The notes under the pieces: model-generated
The model's database searches: none
What the model saw: the letters and a program-made list of their open reading frames with translations, nothing else
What the model was told of the DNA's origin: nothing
Shown: piece by piece, positions 49,991 through 60,655 of the stretch
Numbering within the stretch: the stretch's first letter is position 1
How the letters are laid out: each line of letters begins with the position of its first letter
Position numbers and translations under genes: made by a program
Assembly (NCBI GenBank): GCA_005223125.1
Contig: NJBH01000002.1
Coordinates: forward strand, 128,001 to 192,000
Direction: 5' to 3'
DNA length: 64,000 bases
Origin: Promethearchaeota archaeon Loki_b32
GTDB lineage: Archaea; Asgardarchaeota; Lokiarchaeia; Sigyniarchaeales; SOKP01

Positions 49991-52306
49991 TTGTTTAACT
50001 TAATGGATAAAGAGGAATTTAAATTTTCAGATAAAAAAATTCCAATTGAAAGAAAAGATGAAATAGATTCTTCCTACAAAATTAAATCTTATAACTTGAA
50101 ACTAAAATTTATGGAAGAAAGGAAAATTCCTCAAAGAGAAATTAAAGATCTGCTTAATCATTTTTTTAATACTACTAAAGTTATCTCAAGAAAAACTAAA
50201 AACTCAATATCTAAAATAATTTACTCTCAAAAAGATAGAATCTTAATTGTGATTACTCCTTTGGGTAAAGATATTATTGTTAATCGAGATAGATTAAGTA
50301 GAGATTATGGATGGTTCTTTTTCATAGAAAAACCTAAAAAAAAGGAAAAAGATTTAAAAAAGAAGAAACCAAAAAAAAAAGAAGAAAGGAAAGAAGAGAA
50401 AACATTAAGTACGGAAGACTTTCCTTTTGATGATTCAATTGTTCCGTTAAAAGAAAAAATAAATATGCGTTCGTTATATCGTACAAAAGAATATGATCAT
50501 TACTTGAAATTGATTAAATCTGGAGATATATCTCAATTACCTGTGAAAGATGTCCTAAATGACTTATTCTTTAAAGATGAGACCATTCCCCTTGAAGAAA
50601 AAAAGGGAATTAGAAAAATCATATATTATCAAAAAGAAAAGGTCATTGTCATAAAGTCTCTTATAGGAGATGAACTATATGAAAATTTAGAAAGATTAGT
50701 TAAAAAGTACGGTTGGTATTTTTACATTACTGGAGTTCCAGTAGGGAAAAGTGAACTTTGTATCGCAATTGATAAAGTTGAAAAGAGATTTGAATTGGAT
50801 TACTTTAAAAATATATCTCTTGCGGAAGATTCAAATAATTCTAGTGATATAAGAGTAACAATTTATCCAATCGTCCTGAAACCTAACCATAATTGCCACA
50901 TTCTAGGTTTAGGGAATCTTAATATTTTATTGGATTGCGGACTTTCGGAGAAAGATGAAGAAAATGAAATTGAAGGAGATTTTAGGCATATTGAAGATTA
51001 TATGCTAAATTTACCGCAATATATTACCGAAGAAGAAAAAATTCGAAAAGAAATAGTTGATGAGGATTCAGATGAGGTGATCTTAGAAGAGATCCCAAAG
51101 AATCCAAAAATAGACGCTATATTTCTCAGTCATAGTCATTATGATCATGTTTCAGGACTTAAAGAACTAATTAAATTATATCCAGATACTCCACTTTTAA
51201 GTTCAAGAATAACATTAGATTTATATCTACTTAGAGATTCGAATTTCTTAAAACAAGAGACACATAATGAAATTGAAGAAGAAGAATACCAAAATATAGT
51301 TAAGAATATTATATATGTTGAAAATGGTACTAAAATCGAATTTAAAGAAAGAAATTGCTTTCTCTCATTTTTTCATGCTGGTCATATGCCTGGAGCATTG
51401 ATGTTATTGGCAAAAATAAATGATTTTAAGTTTTTATACACAGGAGATTATACTTATATCGATATAACTCCATTTGCGGGTACAAGACGATTTTTAGAAC
51501 AAATTTCTCATCCTATTGATTATTTATTGATTGATGGTACAGCCGCTCAAGAAGATTTTGGCAATATTTCTGATCAATTTCATAGCCTAATTTTATTTTT
51601 AGAACAAAAAGCAGAATATGGGGATAATTCATTAATTGGAGCGGATCCTTCAAGTTTAGCCATAAGTTTTATGTTAACTTTTTGGAGATATTTTAGAAAG
51701 CAACAATTAAGGCGTGGTTTCAAAAAACGTCCAAATATTTATGTCGATATGATGGTGAGGAGAAATATCCAAGTTATAAACCATCGCTATGAATATATCT
51801 ATGGTCCAATTTCAAGACTAATTCGTGATAAAGCAAATCCATTTAATAGCATAAAATTTAGATGGTTTGATCATACTAATTTAAACTTTTTACGCAAGAA
51901 AAATAATATAATAATTTCCCATCCACCTGACCTTTCTTACGGATTAATAAGAAATATTATTAATGTTGTTGGACGAAATCCTCATAATTTTGTTTTTTTA
52001 GCAGGATCCATCCATGATCCTCCGGGTTCAGATCTACTAGAAGGTGCTGAAGAAATAGAATTTTCTGAGACATGGAAAATGCCATTTCGGGCATTATTAC
52101 TCAATACATTTGCGCCTCACATTAAAATTAAACTCCATGCTGATAAAAATCAGTTGCTGGAAATGATAAAAAACTTGGAGCCGAAAGAAGTTTGCTTTTT
52201 CCACCAATCAGCTAGAAAATTGGTAGAAGTAGTTGAATATGTACAAGAATTGGGCGTTGATAAAGTCTCTTTACCTGTAAAAAGAAAGCTTAAAATATTG
52301 AATTAA
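49991..52306 (+). CDS. Metallo-beta-lactamase/beta-CASP ribonuclease with a duplicated N-terminal domain
   Basis: LLDCG, SHSHYDH, AGHMPGA, YTGD, HAD, FFH. Confidence 0.85.
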   Translation: MFNLMDKEEFKFSDKKIPIERKDEIDSSYKIKSYNLKLKFMEERKIPQREIKDLLNHFFNTTKVISRKTKNSISKIIYSQKDRILIVITPLGKDIIVNRDRLSRDYGWFFFIEKPKKKEKDLKKKKPKKKEERKEEKTLSTEDFPFDDSIVPLKEKINMRSLYRTKEYDHYLKLIKSGDISQLPVKDVLNDLFFKDETIPLEEKKGIRKIIYYQKEKVIVIKSLIGDELYENLERLVKKYGWYFYITGVPVGKSELCIAIDKVEKRFELDYFKNISLAEDSNNSSDIRVTIYPIVLKPNHNCHILGLGNLNILLDCGLSEKDEENEIEGDFRHIEDYMLNLPQYITEEEKIRKEIVDEDSDEVILEEIPKNPKIDAIFLSHSHYDHVSGLKELIKLYPDTPLLSSRITLDLYLLRDSNFLKQETHNEIEEEEYQNIVKNIIYVENGTKIEFKERNCFLSFFHAGHMPGALMLLAKINDFKFLYTGDYTYIDITPFAGTRRFLEQISHPIDYLLIDGTAAQEDFGNISDQFHSLILFLEQKAEYGDNSLIGADPSSLAISFMLTFWRYFRKQQLRRGFKKRPNIYVDMMVRRNIQVINHRYEYIYGPISRLIRDKANPFNSIKFRWFDHTNLNFLRKKNNIIISHPPDLSYGLIRNIINVVGRNPHNFVFLAGSIHDPPGSDLLEGAEEIEFSETWKMPFRALLLNTFAPHIKIKLHADKNQLLEMIKNLEPKEVCFFHQSARKLVEVVEYVQELGVDKVSLPVKRKLKILN

Positions 52307-52332
52307 GAATTTTTAAAAAAATAAATATTAGT

Positions 52333-52698
52333 TTATTCAGTAAAATCGCCTAGATCTTTTATAGCCATAAAATCACCCAAAAATGCTTTTTTTAGGAGTT
52401 CAGAAGCTTTTTCCCATAGATTCTCTAAAATATTTTGTACATTTATCATATCTTCCTTATTTTTAAATTCAATAGTAATTTTTTGAGATTCTTCATCTAC
52501 ATTTATATCCATTTGAATGTCTTCTGTTAAACCCCCAATTACTTTAAGCATGTCTTTTACTTCACTCTCTTTACCTAATTCATCCTTTCTTTTTTTTTCT
52601 CCTTTAAAATCTAAACTAATTTTAAGTTTTATATCATCTATATTGATTGATACCTGTTCTTTTAACATATTTTTTAATCCATCTATTATATTTTCCAT
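52333..52698 (-). CDS. Hypothetical protein
   Basis: AAGGAGGAGG SD precedes ATG 52698 (MENIIDG); the longer call overlaps the upstream gene. Confidence 0.7.
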   Translation of the reverse strand: MENIIDGLKNMLKEQVSINIDDIKLKISLDFKGEKKRKDELGKESEVKDMLKVIGGLTEDIQMDINVDEESQKITIEFKNKEDMINVQNILENLWEKASELLKKAFLGDFMAIKDLGDFTE

Positions 52699-52717
52699 AT
52701 TAAATCCTCCTCCTTCT

Positions 52718-54547
52718 TTAACTATTATTCTTTTTTTTAATGGGAACATCAATATAGGACGCGTAAGAGGCATTTCGTGCAATAGTAATGGTAGGTTTTC
52801 CATCAGTTGGGTATTTTCTAAAAGTATCTTTATCAGCTCCCGCGATGGCAAGTTTGAGTCTATGTCCTTTTCGAATAAGGACAGACGTCGGTCGAAATCC
52901 GAAAGTTACTTCTGTGATTTCCCCCGGTATCATTGGAGAGGCATCTTTCTTTTTAAAAGAATGGTAGGGAATTAATATTTCATATGGGGGTGTATCCGTG
53001 GATATTTTACGGTGAATTAATCTTAAATTTCCATCTGTAAAATAATGTATGTTTCCATTATCATCTATTTCTTCTAAATAAGCAAATATTGCTCCATCAT
53101 CGTGAGTTGATCTAAGAAATAATGTAATCGTGGCATGACCTGTGATCTCCACATCCTCTTCAAAAGGCGGACTTGTATATGTCAATAACTTTTTATCTGC
53201 TTTTTCTCTATTTGAGTAATCAATTGGTAAACCTAATAATGTCCACCACCTATTTAATCTACCAGATGTGGCGGTAAAGCTTACTTTATAATTATCTTCT
53301 CCTGCATCATTTTCAGGTTTCTTTGTAGTTATTGTATTATTTTCAGATAAATACCATTTCATTCTTGTAAATCCTTCAGGTGGCCAAACTTGAGTTTTAT
53401 TCCATTTTTCTTCTCCCATTGTGTAATAATACAAAGTTTTTCCTTTAATTTCCTCTCCATATAGAATTGAGTCAAAAAAATCAATCCATGTAGTAATACG
53501 CTCTTTTGGAGAAGGAGTGACTTCGGGTTTATCCGGATTTAAAGGATCAGCAGGATATAAAGCTCCATGATTCCATGCTCCAATTATTGCAATGTGAGGA
53601 TTTTTCAAATTTATAAACCTATTTATGTGAGCATCAATATAAGCTGAATCTAACCAAGCACACCAACTCAATATAGGCACATTAGATTTTTCAAACTGAT
53701 CTTGGTAAATAAAAGAACTAATCTCATCTGGTGTTGCTCCATCTGGAAGAGAATCATCTCGAAAATCTTTATCATGAAGTAAATCATAGACATATTCATT
53801 TGAAAGATGTTCTTCCTTAGCTTCTTCTAATATTTTCTGATCTGTATCAATATCAATAGGTTTTACCCCTTTCATCAATAACCATAAATACGGAATTAGT
53901 TCTTTAAAAGCTTTAGAATTGTTTTGATCAAGATTTCTTCCTACAAAGGACCAAAGTTGTACAAATGCGTGATCAAAACAGCCCCCAGGAAAAGCGACAT
54001 CAGTATAAGCATCCCATAACCCGTGACCCGGCATAATAGCTTTGACAGCGGGATGATTATTTACTGCTAACTGTTCCGCAGTTGTTGCAGTATAAGATAT
54101 TCCATTAGAAACAACATTTCCATTTGACCAAGGTTGAGAAATAATCCAATCTACAATATCAGCGCCATCTTTAACTTCTTCTTTTGAAAATGGATAAGGT
54201 CTTGATCCAAAAGAAGCACCGCATCCTCTCACGTCTACATACACTATTGCATAACCACGCTTAGTGAATAATGCAGGTGAAGGTGTAAAAATTGATGTTT
54301 CTTTAAGTACCCATCGAAAAGGAATTCTAAGTTTTGCAGCTCTCCAATATCTTGTTTGATATAATAATGTAGGAAGTTTTTGTTCGGGATCTATTCCTTT
54401 AGGAAGACATATAGTAACTGCAATTTTTACTCCATCTCTCATAGGAATATGGATATTACTGGTTGTATAATCTTTATAGGTCTTTCTTTGGGGAAAATTC
54501 CACTTCAGATGAAATGGATTATTATCACTTTCGATATTTTTACTCAT
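52718..54547 (-). CDS. CocE/NonD family alpha/beta hydrolase
   Basis: MRDGVKI, DVRGCGAS, GISY, GAWNH. Confidence 0.92.
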   Translation of the reverse strand: MSKNIESDNNPFHLKWNFPQRKTYKDYTTSNIHIPMRDGVKIAVTICLPKGIDPEQKLPTLLYQTRYWRAAKLRIPFRWVLKETSIFTPSPALFTKRGYAIVYVDVRGCGASFGSRPYPFSKEEVKDGADIVDWIISQPWSNGNVVSNGISYTATTAEQLAVNNHPAVKAIMPGHGLWDAYTDVAFPGGCFDHAFVQLWSFVGRNLDQNNSKAFKELIPYLWLLMKGVKPIDIDTDQKILEEAKEEHLSNEYVYDLLHDKDFRDDSLPDGATPDEISSFIYQDQFEKSNVPILSWCAWLDSAYIDAHINRFINLKNPHIAIIGAWNHGALYPADPLNPDKPEVTPSPKERITTWIDFFDSILYGEEIKGKTLYYYTMGEEKWNKTQVWPPEGFTRMKWYLSENNTITTKKPENDAGEDNYKVSFTATSGRLNRWWTLLGLPIDYSNREKADKKLLTYTSPPFEEDVEITGHATITLFLRSTHDDGAIFAYLEEIDDNGNIHYFTDGNLRLIHRKISTDTPPYEILIPYHSFKKKDASPMIPGEITEVTFGFRPTSVLIRKGHRLKLAIAGADKDTFRKYPTDGKPTITIARNASYASYIDVPIKKKNNS

Positions 54548-54727
54548 AATTGTTTCTCTAATCCTAATTTAAATTCTTAAGATAATATAATACTATTTTT
54601 ATCTTCTGTTATTTATTAAGTTACTTCTTCTGATAATCAATTGAATTTATTAAATGTAAACCATAAATCTTTAAGGAAATGATCTCTTATACATCATAGA
54701 ACTAAATTATTGATAAGGTGTATAAAG

Positions 54728-55108
54728 ATTTACTCTGATAAAGTCCTGGACCACTTTAAAAATCCCCGAAATATGGGTGAAATGAAGGACGCTGATGCAG
54801 TAGGCGAATATGGAAATCCTATATGTGGCGATTTAATGCATATATATATTAAGGTGAAAGAGATGAATGGACAAAAAATTATTGATGACATCTCTTTTCA
54901 GACTTTTGGTTGCGCTGCTGCTATTGCTACATCTTCTATGATTACAGAGATTGCTAAAGGAAAAACTTTAGATGAAGCTTCAAATATTACCAGAGATGAT
55001 GTAGCTAAATCTTTAGATGGACTACCTCCTATTAAATTGCATTGTTCAAATTTAGCTGCAGACGCCTTAAAAGATGCTATTAAAAATTATCGAGAAAACC
55101 AAAAATAA
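54728..55108 (+). CDS. iscU: Fe-S cluster scaffold IscU/NifU
   Basis: YSDKVLDHF.NPRN, GNPICGD, FGC, LPPIKLHCS; start at ATT 54728 after AAGGTG (TTG 54710 is the alternative). Confidence 0.93.
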   Translation: MYSDKVLDHFKNPRNMGEMKDADAVGEYGNPICGDLMHIYIKVKEMNGQKIIDDISFQTFGCAAAIATSSMITEIAKGKTLDEASNITRDDVAKSLDGLPPIKLHCSNLAADALKDAIKNYRENQK

Positions 55109-55156
55109 AATTCTTTTTCCTCTTCAATTAGAAATTAAAGTTTATTCTTTACTCTT

Positions 55157-56029
55157 ATGGAATTTTCTAAACCAATAATAAACATTATTCAAGAGCGAAT
55201 ATCTCATAGAACTTATTCTGGACACTCTCTTGAAAAAGTTCTTAGAGAAAAGGTATTGAATTTATTGGAAAATCATGATTTGATAAGTCCTTTTAGTAAA
55301 TATGCTGGAAAAGCAAGATTTAGGCTTTTAAGCATTCCAGAGTTTAACTCTAAAGAAAGGAAAAAGTTAGGGACTTATGGATTCATAAAGGGCGCTCAAG
55401 ATTTTATTGTAGGAGCAGTTGAAAAATCTCAGTACAGTCGAGAACATTATGGATATCTTATGGAAACTATTATTTTAGGTGCCACAGATTTGGGGTTAGG
55501 CACATGTTGGTTAGGTGGTTTTTTTAACAGAAGTCTATTTACTTCGAAAATTAATTGTACATCAGATGAAATCATACCTGCTATTACACCCATTGGATAT
55601 TCTGCTCAGAGAACAGTTAGAGAAAAGGTTATTCGATCATTTGCTAAAGCAGATAAAAGATTGCCTTGGGATCAATTATTTTTTGAAGGAAATCATAGTG
55701 TTTCATTATCTAAGGAAAAAGCAGGCAAGTATTCAAAACTACTTGAAATGGTTAGATTAGGGCCATCTGCTGGGAACAAACAACCTTGGCGGATATTTAA
55801 AGTACTCACCAGAGATACTTTTCATTTTTATACCATTAACCCTAAAGATGGACGATTTTTGCAATACAGCAAATTTCGACCTATAGATATCGGAATAGCT
55901 GTTAGTCACTTTGATCTTACGGCAAAAGAATTAGGCATTAATGGGAATTGGATAATTGAGACTCCTCAAATTCCCGGAGCAGACGACTTAATATATAAGA
56001 TTACTTGGAATGGGGATGACAAAAAATAA
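55157..56029 (+). CDS. Nitroreductase family protein
   Basis: RISHRTY, GLGTCWLG, PSAGNKQPW, DIGIA. Confidence 0.88.
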   Translation: MEFSKPIINIIQERISHRTYSGHSLEKVLREKVLNLLENHDLISPFSKYAGKARFRLLSIPEFNSKERKKLGTYGFIKGAQDFIVGAVEKSQYSREHYGYLMETIILGATDLGLGTCWLGGFFNRSLFTSKINCTSDEIIPAITPIGYSAQRTVREKVIRSFAKADKRLPWDQLFFEGNHSVSLSKEKAGKYSKLLEMVRLGPSAGNKQPWRIFKVLTRDTFHFYTINPKDGRFLQYSKFRPIDIGIAVSHFDLTAKELGINGNWIIETPQIPGADDLIYKITWNGDDKK

Positions 56030-56049
56030 GTCAATCTAATTATTAATAT

Positions 56050-56298
56050 ATGATTTTAGGAGTAGGGGCTGTATTATTAGTAATTATTATTTTAACATAC
56101 ATTGTAATTCATTACAATACCCATAACGATTCAATAAATCCATTAAAAAATGAATATTATGAAAATAATGAGATAAAATCCCCTAAAACCGATGATAAGG
56201 AGTTTTCTTTAGGAAATGCTAATTTTTGTTATAATTGCGGTAAAAAATTAGATTATAATTCAGTAAAATTTTGCATATATTGTGGAGTAGAAATTTAA
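56050..56298 (+). CDS. Small membrane-anchored zinc-ribbon protein
   Basis: N-terminal TM helix; FCYNCG..FCIYCG. Confidence 0.75.
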   Translation: MILGVGAVLLVIIILTYIVIHYNTHNDSINPLKNEYYENNEIKSPKTDDKEFSLGNANFCYNCGKKLDYNSVKFCIYCGVEI

Positions 56299-56442
56299 TT
56301 GAAATAACTTGAAGTTTTATAACCTAAACGATTAAATACAGATTATTATGAAACCAAAATGAGAAGTTAATTTACAAATTATAAACAAAAGGTATAATTA
56401 TCAAAGTTAGTAATTAGAAATATGAGAAAAAGGTGATTTTTC

Positions 56443-59340
56443 ATAACAGAAACTAAAGAAAATATAAATATTAAGTTAGGTGGAATGACATGCGCTAATT
56501 GCGCTTTGAAGATCGAAACAAAGTTAAATAATCTTGAAGGTGTCAATACAGCAGTAGTTAACTTTGCTAATGAGGAGGCAACAGTTGATTATGATCCTAG
56601 AACCGTTGATTTTACTGTTTTTAAGGATGCAATTCGTGATCTTGGTTATAAAGCATCATTAGCTAAAATCGATTTAAAAGTTGTAGATACCCTTTCTGAA
56701 AGTGAATTTGAAAATTTCATTAAGAAGATAAAAACTATCCAAGGAATTCATGATATCAGAGGGAACTACAAAGCTTCCAAGATGTTCATTGAATTCAATG
56801 AATTAATTATAGATGAAAATGGCGTATATTCTACAATAAAGCAATTGGGCTATACTATTGAGAAATCCGCAGGAGTAATGGATATGGAGATTATTAAGCA
56901 TAAGAAAGAAATGAGATATCGTTTACGTATTATGTTAATTTCACTAACGTTTTCACTAATAATTACTCCTATTAGCTGGCTTGTAATAGAATCTTTCGAA
57001 AGGAATTTAGTCCTATTTTTTCTCGCAGTTGCTAATTACCTTATTTCTGGCTCTTTCTTTTTGATTGGAGCATACAAATCTTTGAAGAATAAATCTACAA
57101 ACATGGATGTATTAGTCGCTTTAGGCACCACAACAGCACTTATTTATTCCATATTAACGACATTTATCATATCTGGAAATACCTTTTACGAAGCTATGAG
57201 TATGATAATTACTTTCTTACTAGTCGGAAAATATCTTGAACATAAAACTAAGGGACAGACTTCAGAAGCTATAAAAAAATTAATCGGTTTACAACCAAAA
57301 ACTGCTACAATTTTAAAAGATGGAAAAGAAATTGAGATTCCTATTGAAGAAATTGAGTTAGGAGATACATTAGTTGTGAGACCTGGTGAAAAAATTCCTG
57401 TGGATGGAAAAGTTGTTGAAGGAAAAACTAAAGTAGATGAATCAATGATCACAGGTGAAAGTAAGTATGTTAAAAAAGAAATTGAGAGTGAGGTAATTGG
57501 GGCAACAGTAAATCAGACTGGATTAATTCATATGATTGCTGAGAAAATCGGTAAAGATACATTACTATTTCAGATTATAGATTTTGTAAAACAAGCTCAA
57601 GGTAGAAAAGCAGCTAAACAGCAATTAGCCGATAAAGTTAGTAATTATTTTGTACCATTAGTTATTATAATAGCAGTAAGTTCATTTTTATACTGGTTTT
57701 TTATTGGAACTCAAGTATTCCCAGTACTTCAAGCTACTAGACTTGAAACCTCTTTGTTAGTCTTTACTTCAGTAGTTGTTATAGCATGTCCTTGCGCTTT
57801 AGGACTTGCAATTCCAACCGCTGTAATGGTTGGTACAGGTAAAGGTGCTGAAAATGGTCTTTTAATTAAAGGAGGTGATTCACTGGAATCGATCAATACA
57901 ATTAACACTATTGTTTTTGATAAAACAGGTACTTTGACGGTTGGAAAGCCAAAAGTTTCGGTAATTTTTACTGAAAAGGATTTGAATAATACAGGTTATG
58001 ATGAAAATGAACTACTATTTTATGCTGGAAGTGCTGAAATGGGATCAGAACATCCTCTTGGAAGGGCCATCATTGAAGAAGCAAATCAAAGAGGATTATC
58101 TCTCGAATCACCAAAAGAATTTGATGCTTTTCCTGGAAAAGGCATTAAAACTAAAATTAAAGGAAAAACAGTATTAATTGGAAATAATAAATTAATGTTA
58201 GACAATGGTATATCAATTGAAGATTATAAGAACAAATTTAATGAATATCAGCAATATGGTATAACAACAATTTTAATCAGTATTGATAATACAATCAAAG
58301 GTATAATAGGGATTTCTGATAAAATAAAGGATCAAGCACCCTATGCTTTAGATAAATTACGAGAAACTGGTTTAGAAATTTATATGTTAACAGGAGATAA
58401 CATGCAAACAGCTTTAATTATTGGAAAACAATTAAAAATTGATGATCAACATATTTTGGCAGAGGTTTTACCTAATGAGAAAGCTTTAACTATTCAAAAA
58501 TTGCAGGAGTCTGGAGACCATAAGGTTGTCGGTATGGTGGGTGATGGAATAAATGATGCTCCTGCATTAGCTCAAGCGGATGTTGGAATAGCAATAGGAT
58601 CTGGAACTGATGTCGCCATTGAAACTGCTGATATTGTTCTGATGAGAGGAGATTTACGAAATGTTGTTTCTGCCATTAATTTATCAAAAAAGACTTATAA
58701 AAAGATGATAACAAATCTATTCTGGGCTTTTATTTATAATGTTATCGGAATACCAATCGCAGCTGGTGTATTTTATGGTTTAACTGGACTATTTCTGCCA
58801 CCTTATTTAGCAGCAGTTTTTATGGCAACAAGTTCGGTTTCCGTAGTAACAAATGCTTTATTTTTAAAAAAATATGAACCAAAAACACCTCAACAACTTG
58901 AAGAAGAAATGTTATTGGTTTCTCAAGAGAAAGTAACAGATCCAGTATGTGGAATGGAAATTGATCCAAGACAAGCAATTGAATATGAATATAAAAGTAA
59001 AATATATCATTTTTGCAATCCTAATTGTGAAACTCATTTCAAACGAGATCCTGAAAGATTTAAGAATTATGATGCAATGGATCCAAAACTTATGCAAATA
59101 AAAAGCCCTGATAGTAACAAAAAAGAAGAAAGTGTAATTGAGAATGAACAAACTAAAAAGGAGGATAAAAATATGGGAAAATTAAAATGTTCGGAATGTG
59201 GATTAGAGCAAGATCTTCCAATGCATTGTGGACAAGCCATGCATAAAGAAGGAGATCAATTAGTCTGCTGGATGGGTTCTAGCTGTGGAGCTCAACTAAT
59301 TCCAGAACATCATGGAAAACATATGGAAGTTATTGAATAA
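56443..59340 (+). CDS. copA: Cu(I)-translocating P1B ATPase with C-terminal YHS and Cys/His-rich domains
   Basis: GMTCANC, TGES, CPC, DKTGT, SEHPL, GDGIND, YN and MATSS; YHS DPVCGM..FC..C; start proposed at ATA 56443. Confidence 0.95.
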   Translation: MTETKENINIKLGGMTCANCALKIETKLNNLEGVNTAVVNFANEEATVDYDPRTVDFTVFKDAIRDLGYKASLAKIDLKVVDTLSESEFENFIKKIKTIQGIHDIRGNYKASKMFIEFNELIIDENGVYSTIKQLGYTIEKSAGVMDMEIIKHKKEMRYRLRIMLISLTFSLIITPISWLVIESFERNLVLFFLAVANYLISGSFFLIGAYKSLKNKSTNMDVLVALGTTTALIYSILTTFIISGNTFYEAMSMIITFLLVGKYLEHKTKGQTSEAIKKLIGLQPKTATILKDGKEIEIPIEEIELGDTLVVRPGEKIPVDGKVVEGKTKVDESMITGESKYVKKEIESEVIGATVNQTGLIHMIAEKIGKDTLLFQIIDFVKQAQGRKAAKQQLADKVSNYFVPLVIIIAVSSFLYWFFIGTQVFPVLQATRLETSLLVFTSVVVIACPCALGLAIPTAVMVGTGKGAENGLLIKGGDSLESINTINTIVFDKTGTLTVGKPKVSVIFTEKDLNNTGYDENELLFYAGSAEMGSEHPLGRAIIEEANQRGLSLESPKEFDAFPGKGIKTKIKGKTVLIGNNKLMLDNGISIEDYKNKFNEYQQYGITTILISIDNTIKGIIGISDKIKDQAPYALDKLRETGLEIYMLTGDNMQTALIIGKQLKIDDQHILAEVLPNEKALTIQKLQESGDHKVVGMVGDGINDAPALAQADVGIAIGSGTDVAIETADIVLMRGDLRNVVSAINLSKKTYKKMITNLFWAFIYNVIGIPIAAGVFYGLTGLFLPPYLAAVFMATSSVSVVTNALFLKKYEPKTPQQLEEEMLLVSQEKVTDPVCGMEIDPRQAIEYEYKSKIYHFCNPNCETHFKRDPERFKNYDAMDPKLMQIKSPDSNKKEESVIENEQTKKEDKNMGKLKCSECGLEQDLPMHCGQAMHKEGDQLVCWMGSSCGAQLIPEHHGKHMEVIE

Positions 59341-59354
59341 TATATTAAAACTGA

Positions 59355-59546
59355 GTGGTGAAATTGGAAAAACTTCAATTAATTTGTTGTAAGTGTGGGA
59401 ATGTGATGGAAACACTTCCTAGTAGTAGCCAAGATATTATTATAGATGAAGAAACCGGAGAAATTTTATATTGGAATGGCCAAAAATGCGGTTATAGACC
59501 TTCAGATTGCCTTGTTTGTGAAAAATGTCAAGATAAAGGTTGTTAA
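59355..59546 (+). CDS. Small Cys-rich metal-binding protein
   Basis: CCKCG..WNGQKCG..CEKC; resembles the CopA C-terminal domain. Confidence 0.65.
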   Translation: MVKLEKLQLICCKCGNVMETLPSSSQDIIIDEETGEILYWNGQKCGYRPSDCLVCEKCQDKGC

Positions 59547-59650
59547 ACTAACAGATTTTTTACTCTAATCTTATATTTCATAAAAAATAATCTTTAAAGT
59601 AATTTTTACTTACTATATTTCGAATAAGCGTTTTATGGAGGAAAAACATC

Positions 59651-60646
59651 ATGAAGTATTATTCAGATATATTAAAATTAATCGGTAGAACACCATTAGT
59701 CCGGATTAATAAGAGTAATCCGTATTCTAATGTGTTAATGTTAGCTAAATTAGAAAAATATAATCCATCTGGGTCTGTAAAAGACAGAATTGCGATTTCT
59801 ATGATAGAAGAAGCAGAGAAAGCAGGAATATTAACACACGAAAAAGTTATAATAGAACCGAGTAGTGGAAATACAGGAATTGGGTTATCTTTAGTATGTG
59901 CTGCTAAAGGTTATCCTCTAGAAATTGTTATGCCTGAAACAATGTCAGTAGAAAGACGTAAAATAATGACTGCTTATGGGGCTAAAATAACTTTAACTCC
60001 CGGGAAGAAAGGAATGGATGGAACACAAGATTATGTAGAAGAAATAGTAAAAAAAAATCCTGAAAAATACTTTTTTCTTAATCAGTATGCTAACGAAAAT
60101 AACCCATTGGCTCATTATAGATATACAGCCGAAGAAATAATTGAAGATACTGATGGAGAAATTGATGTGTTTGTTGCGGGATTAGGAACCTCTGGTACTT
60201 TAATGGGGGTCTCAAGAAGATTAAAAGAACATAACCCAAACATTAAAATAATTGCTGTAGAACCTGAAGCTGAAGCACCGATTCAAGGTTTGAAGAGTTT
60301 AAAAACTTCTTATATTCCAGAAATTTATGATGAAACGAGAATAGATGAAAAAGTGTATGTTTCTATAGAAGATGCTGCACATGCTTCTCGAATGTTAGCA
60401 TTACAAGAAGGAATTTTTACTGGTATCAGTTCAGGAGCTGCTTTGCATGTTGCTATAGAAACTGTAGAAAAGATGGAATCTGGTACTTTAGTAGTATTAT
60501 TACCAGATGGTGGTGAAAAATATATTTCCAATCCCATTTATGCTCCGGAAAAATGTTTAGAATGTACTAGAAGATGTAAAATCAAGACTCTATGGGATGA
60601 TCAATATATAAAATCAATATCAGAGTGGTGGGAAAATAAAGAATAA
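59651..60646 (+). CDS. Cysteine synthase (CysK/CysM family)
   Basis: IGRTPL, NPSGSVKDR, SSGNTG, GTSGT, GISSGA. Confidence 0.93.
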   Translation: MKYYSDILKLIGRTPLVRINKSNPYSNVLMLAKLEKYNPSGSVKDRIAISMIEEAEKAGILTHEKVIIEPSSGNTGIGLSLVCAAKGYPLEIVMPETMSVERRKIMTAYGAKITLTPGKKGMDGTQDYVEEIVKKNPEKYFFLNQYANENNPLAHYRYTAEEIIEDTDGEIDVFVAGLGTSGTLMGVSRRLKEHNPNIKIIAVEPEAEAPIQGLKSLKTSYIPEIYDETRIDEKVYVSIEDAAHASRMLALQEGIFTGISSGAALHVAIETVEKMESGTLVVLLPDGGEKYISNPIYAPEKCLECTRRCKIKTLWDDQYIKSISEWWENKE

Positions 60647-60655
60647 AATTAATAG

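Noticed and set aside
52699-52975. Longer start for the 52333 ORF and the antisense 52517-52975 ORF
   Set aside because: Both overlap the CocE gene; the strong SD supports ATG 52698.
47844-55108. iscS and iscU separated by ~5.6 kb, suggesting an inserted element
   Set aside because: The intervening genes are ordinary enzymes, with no mobility genes or flanking repeats.
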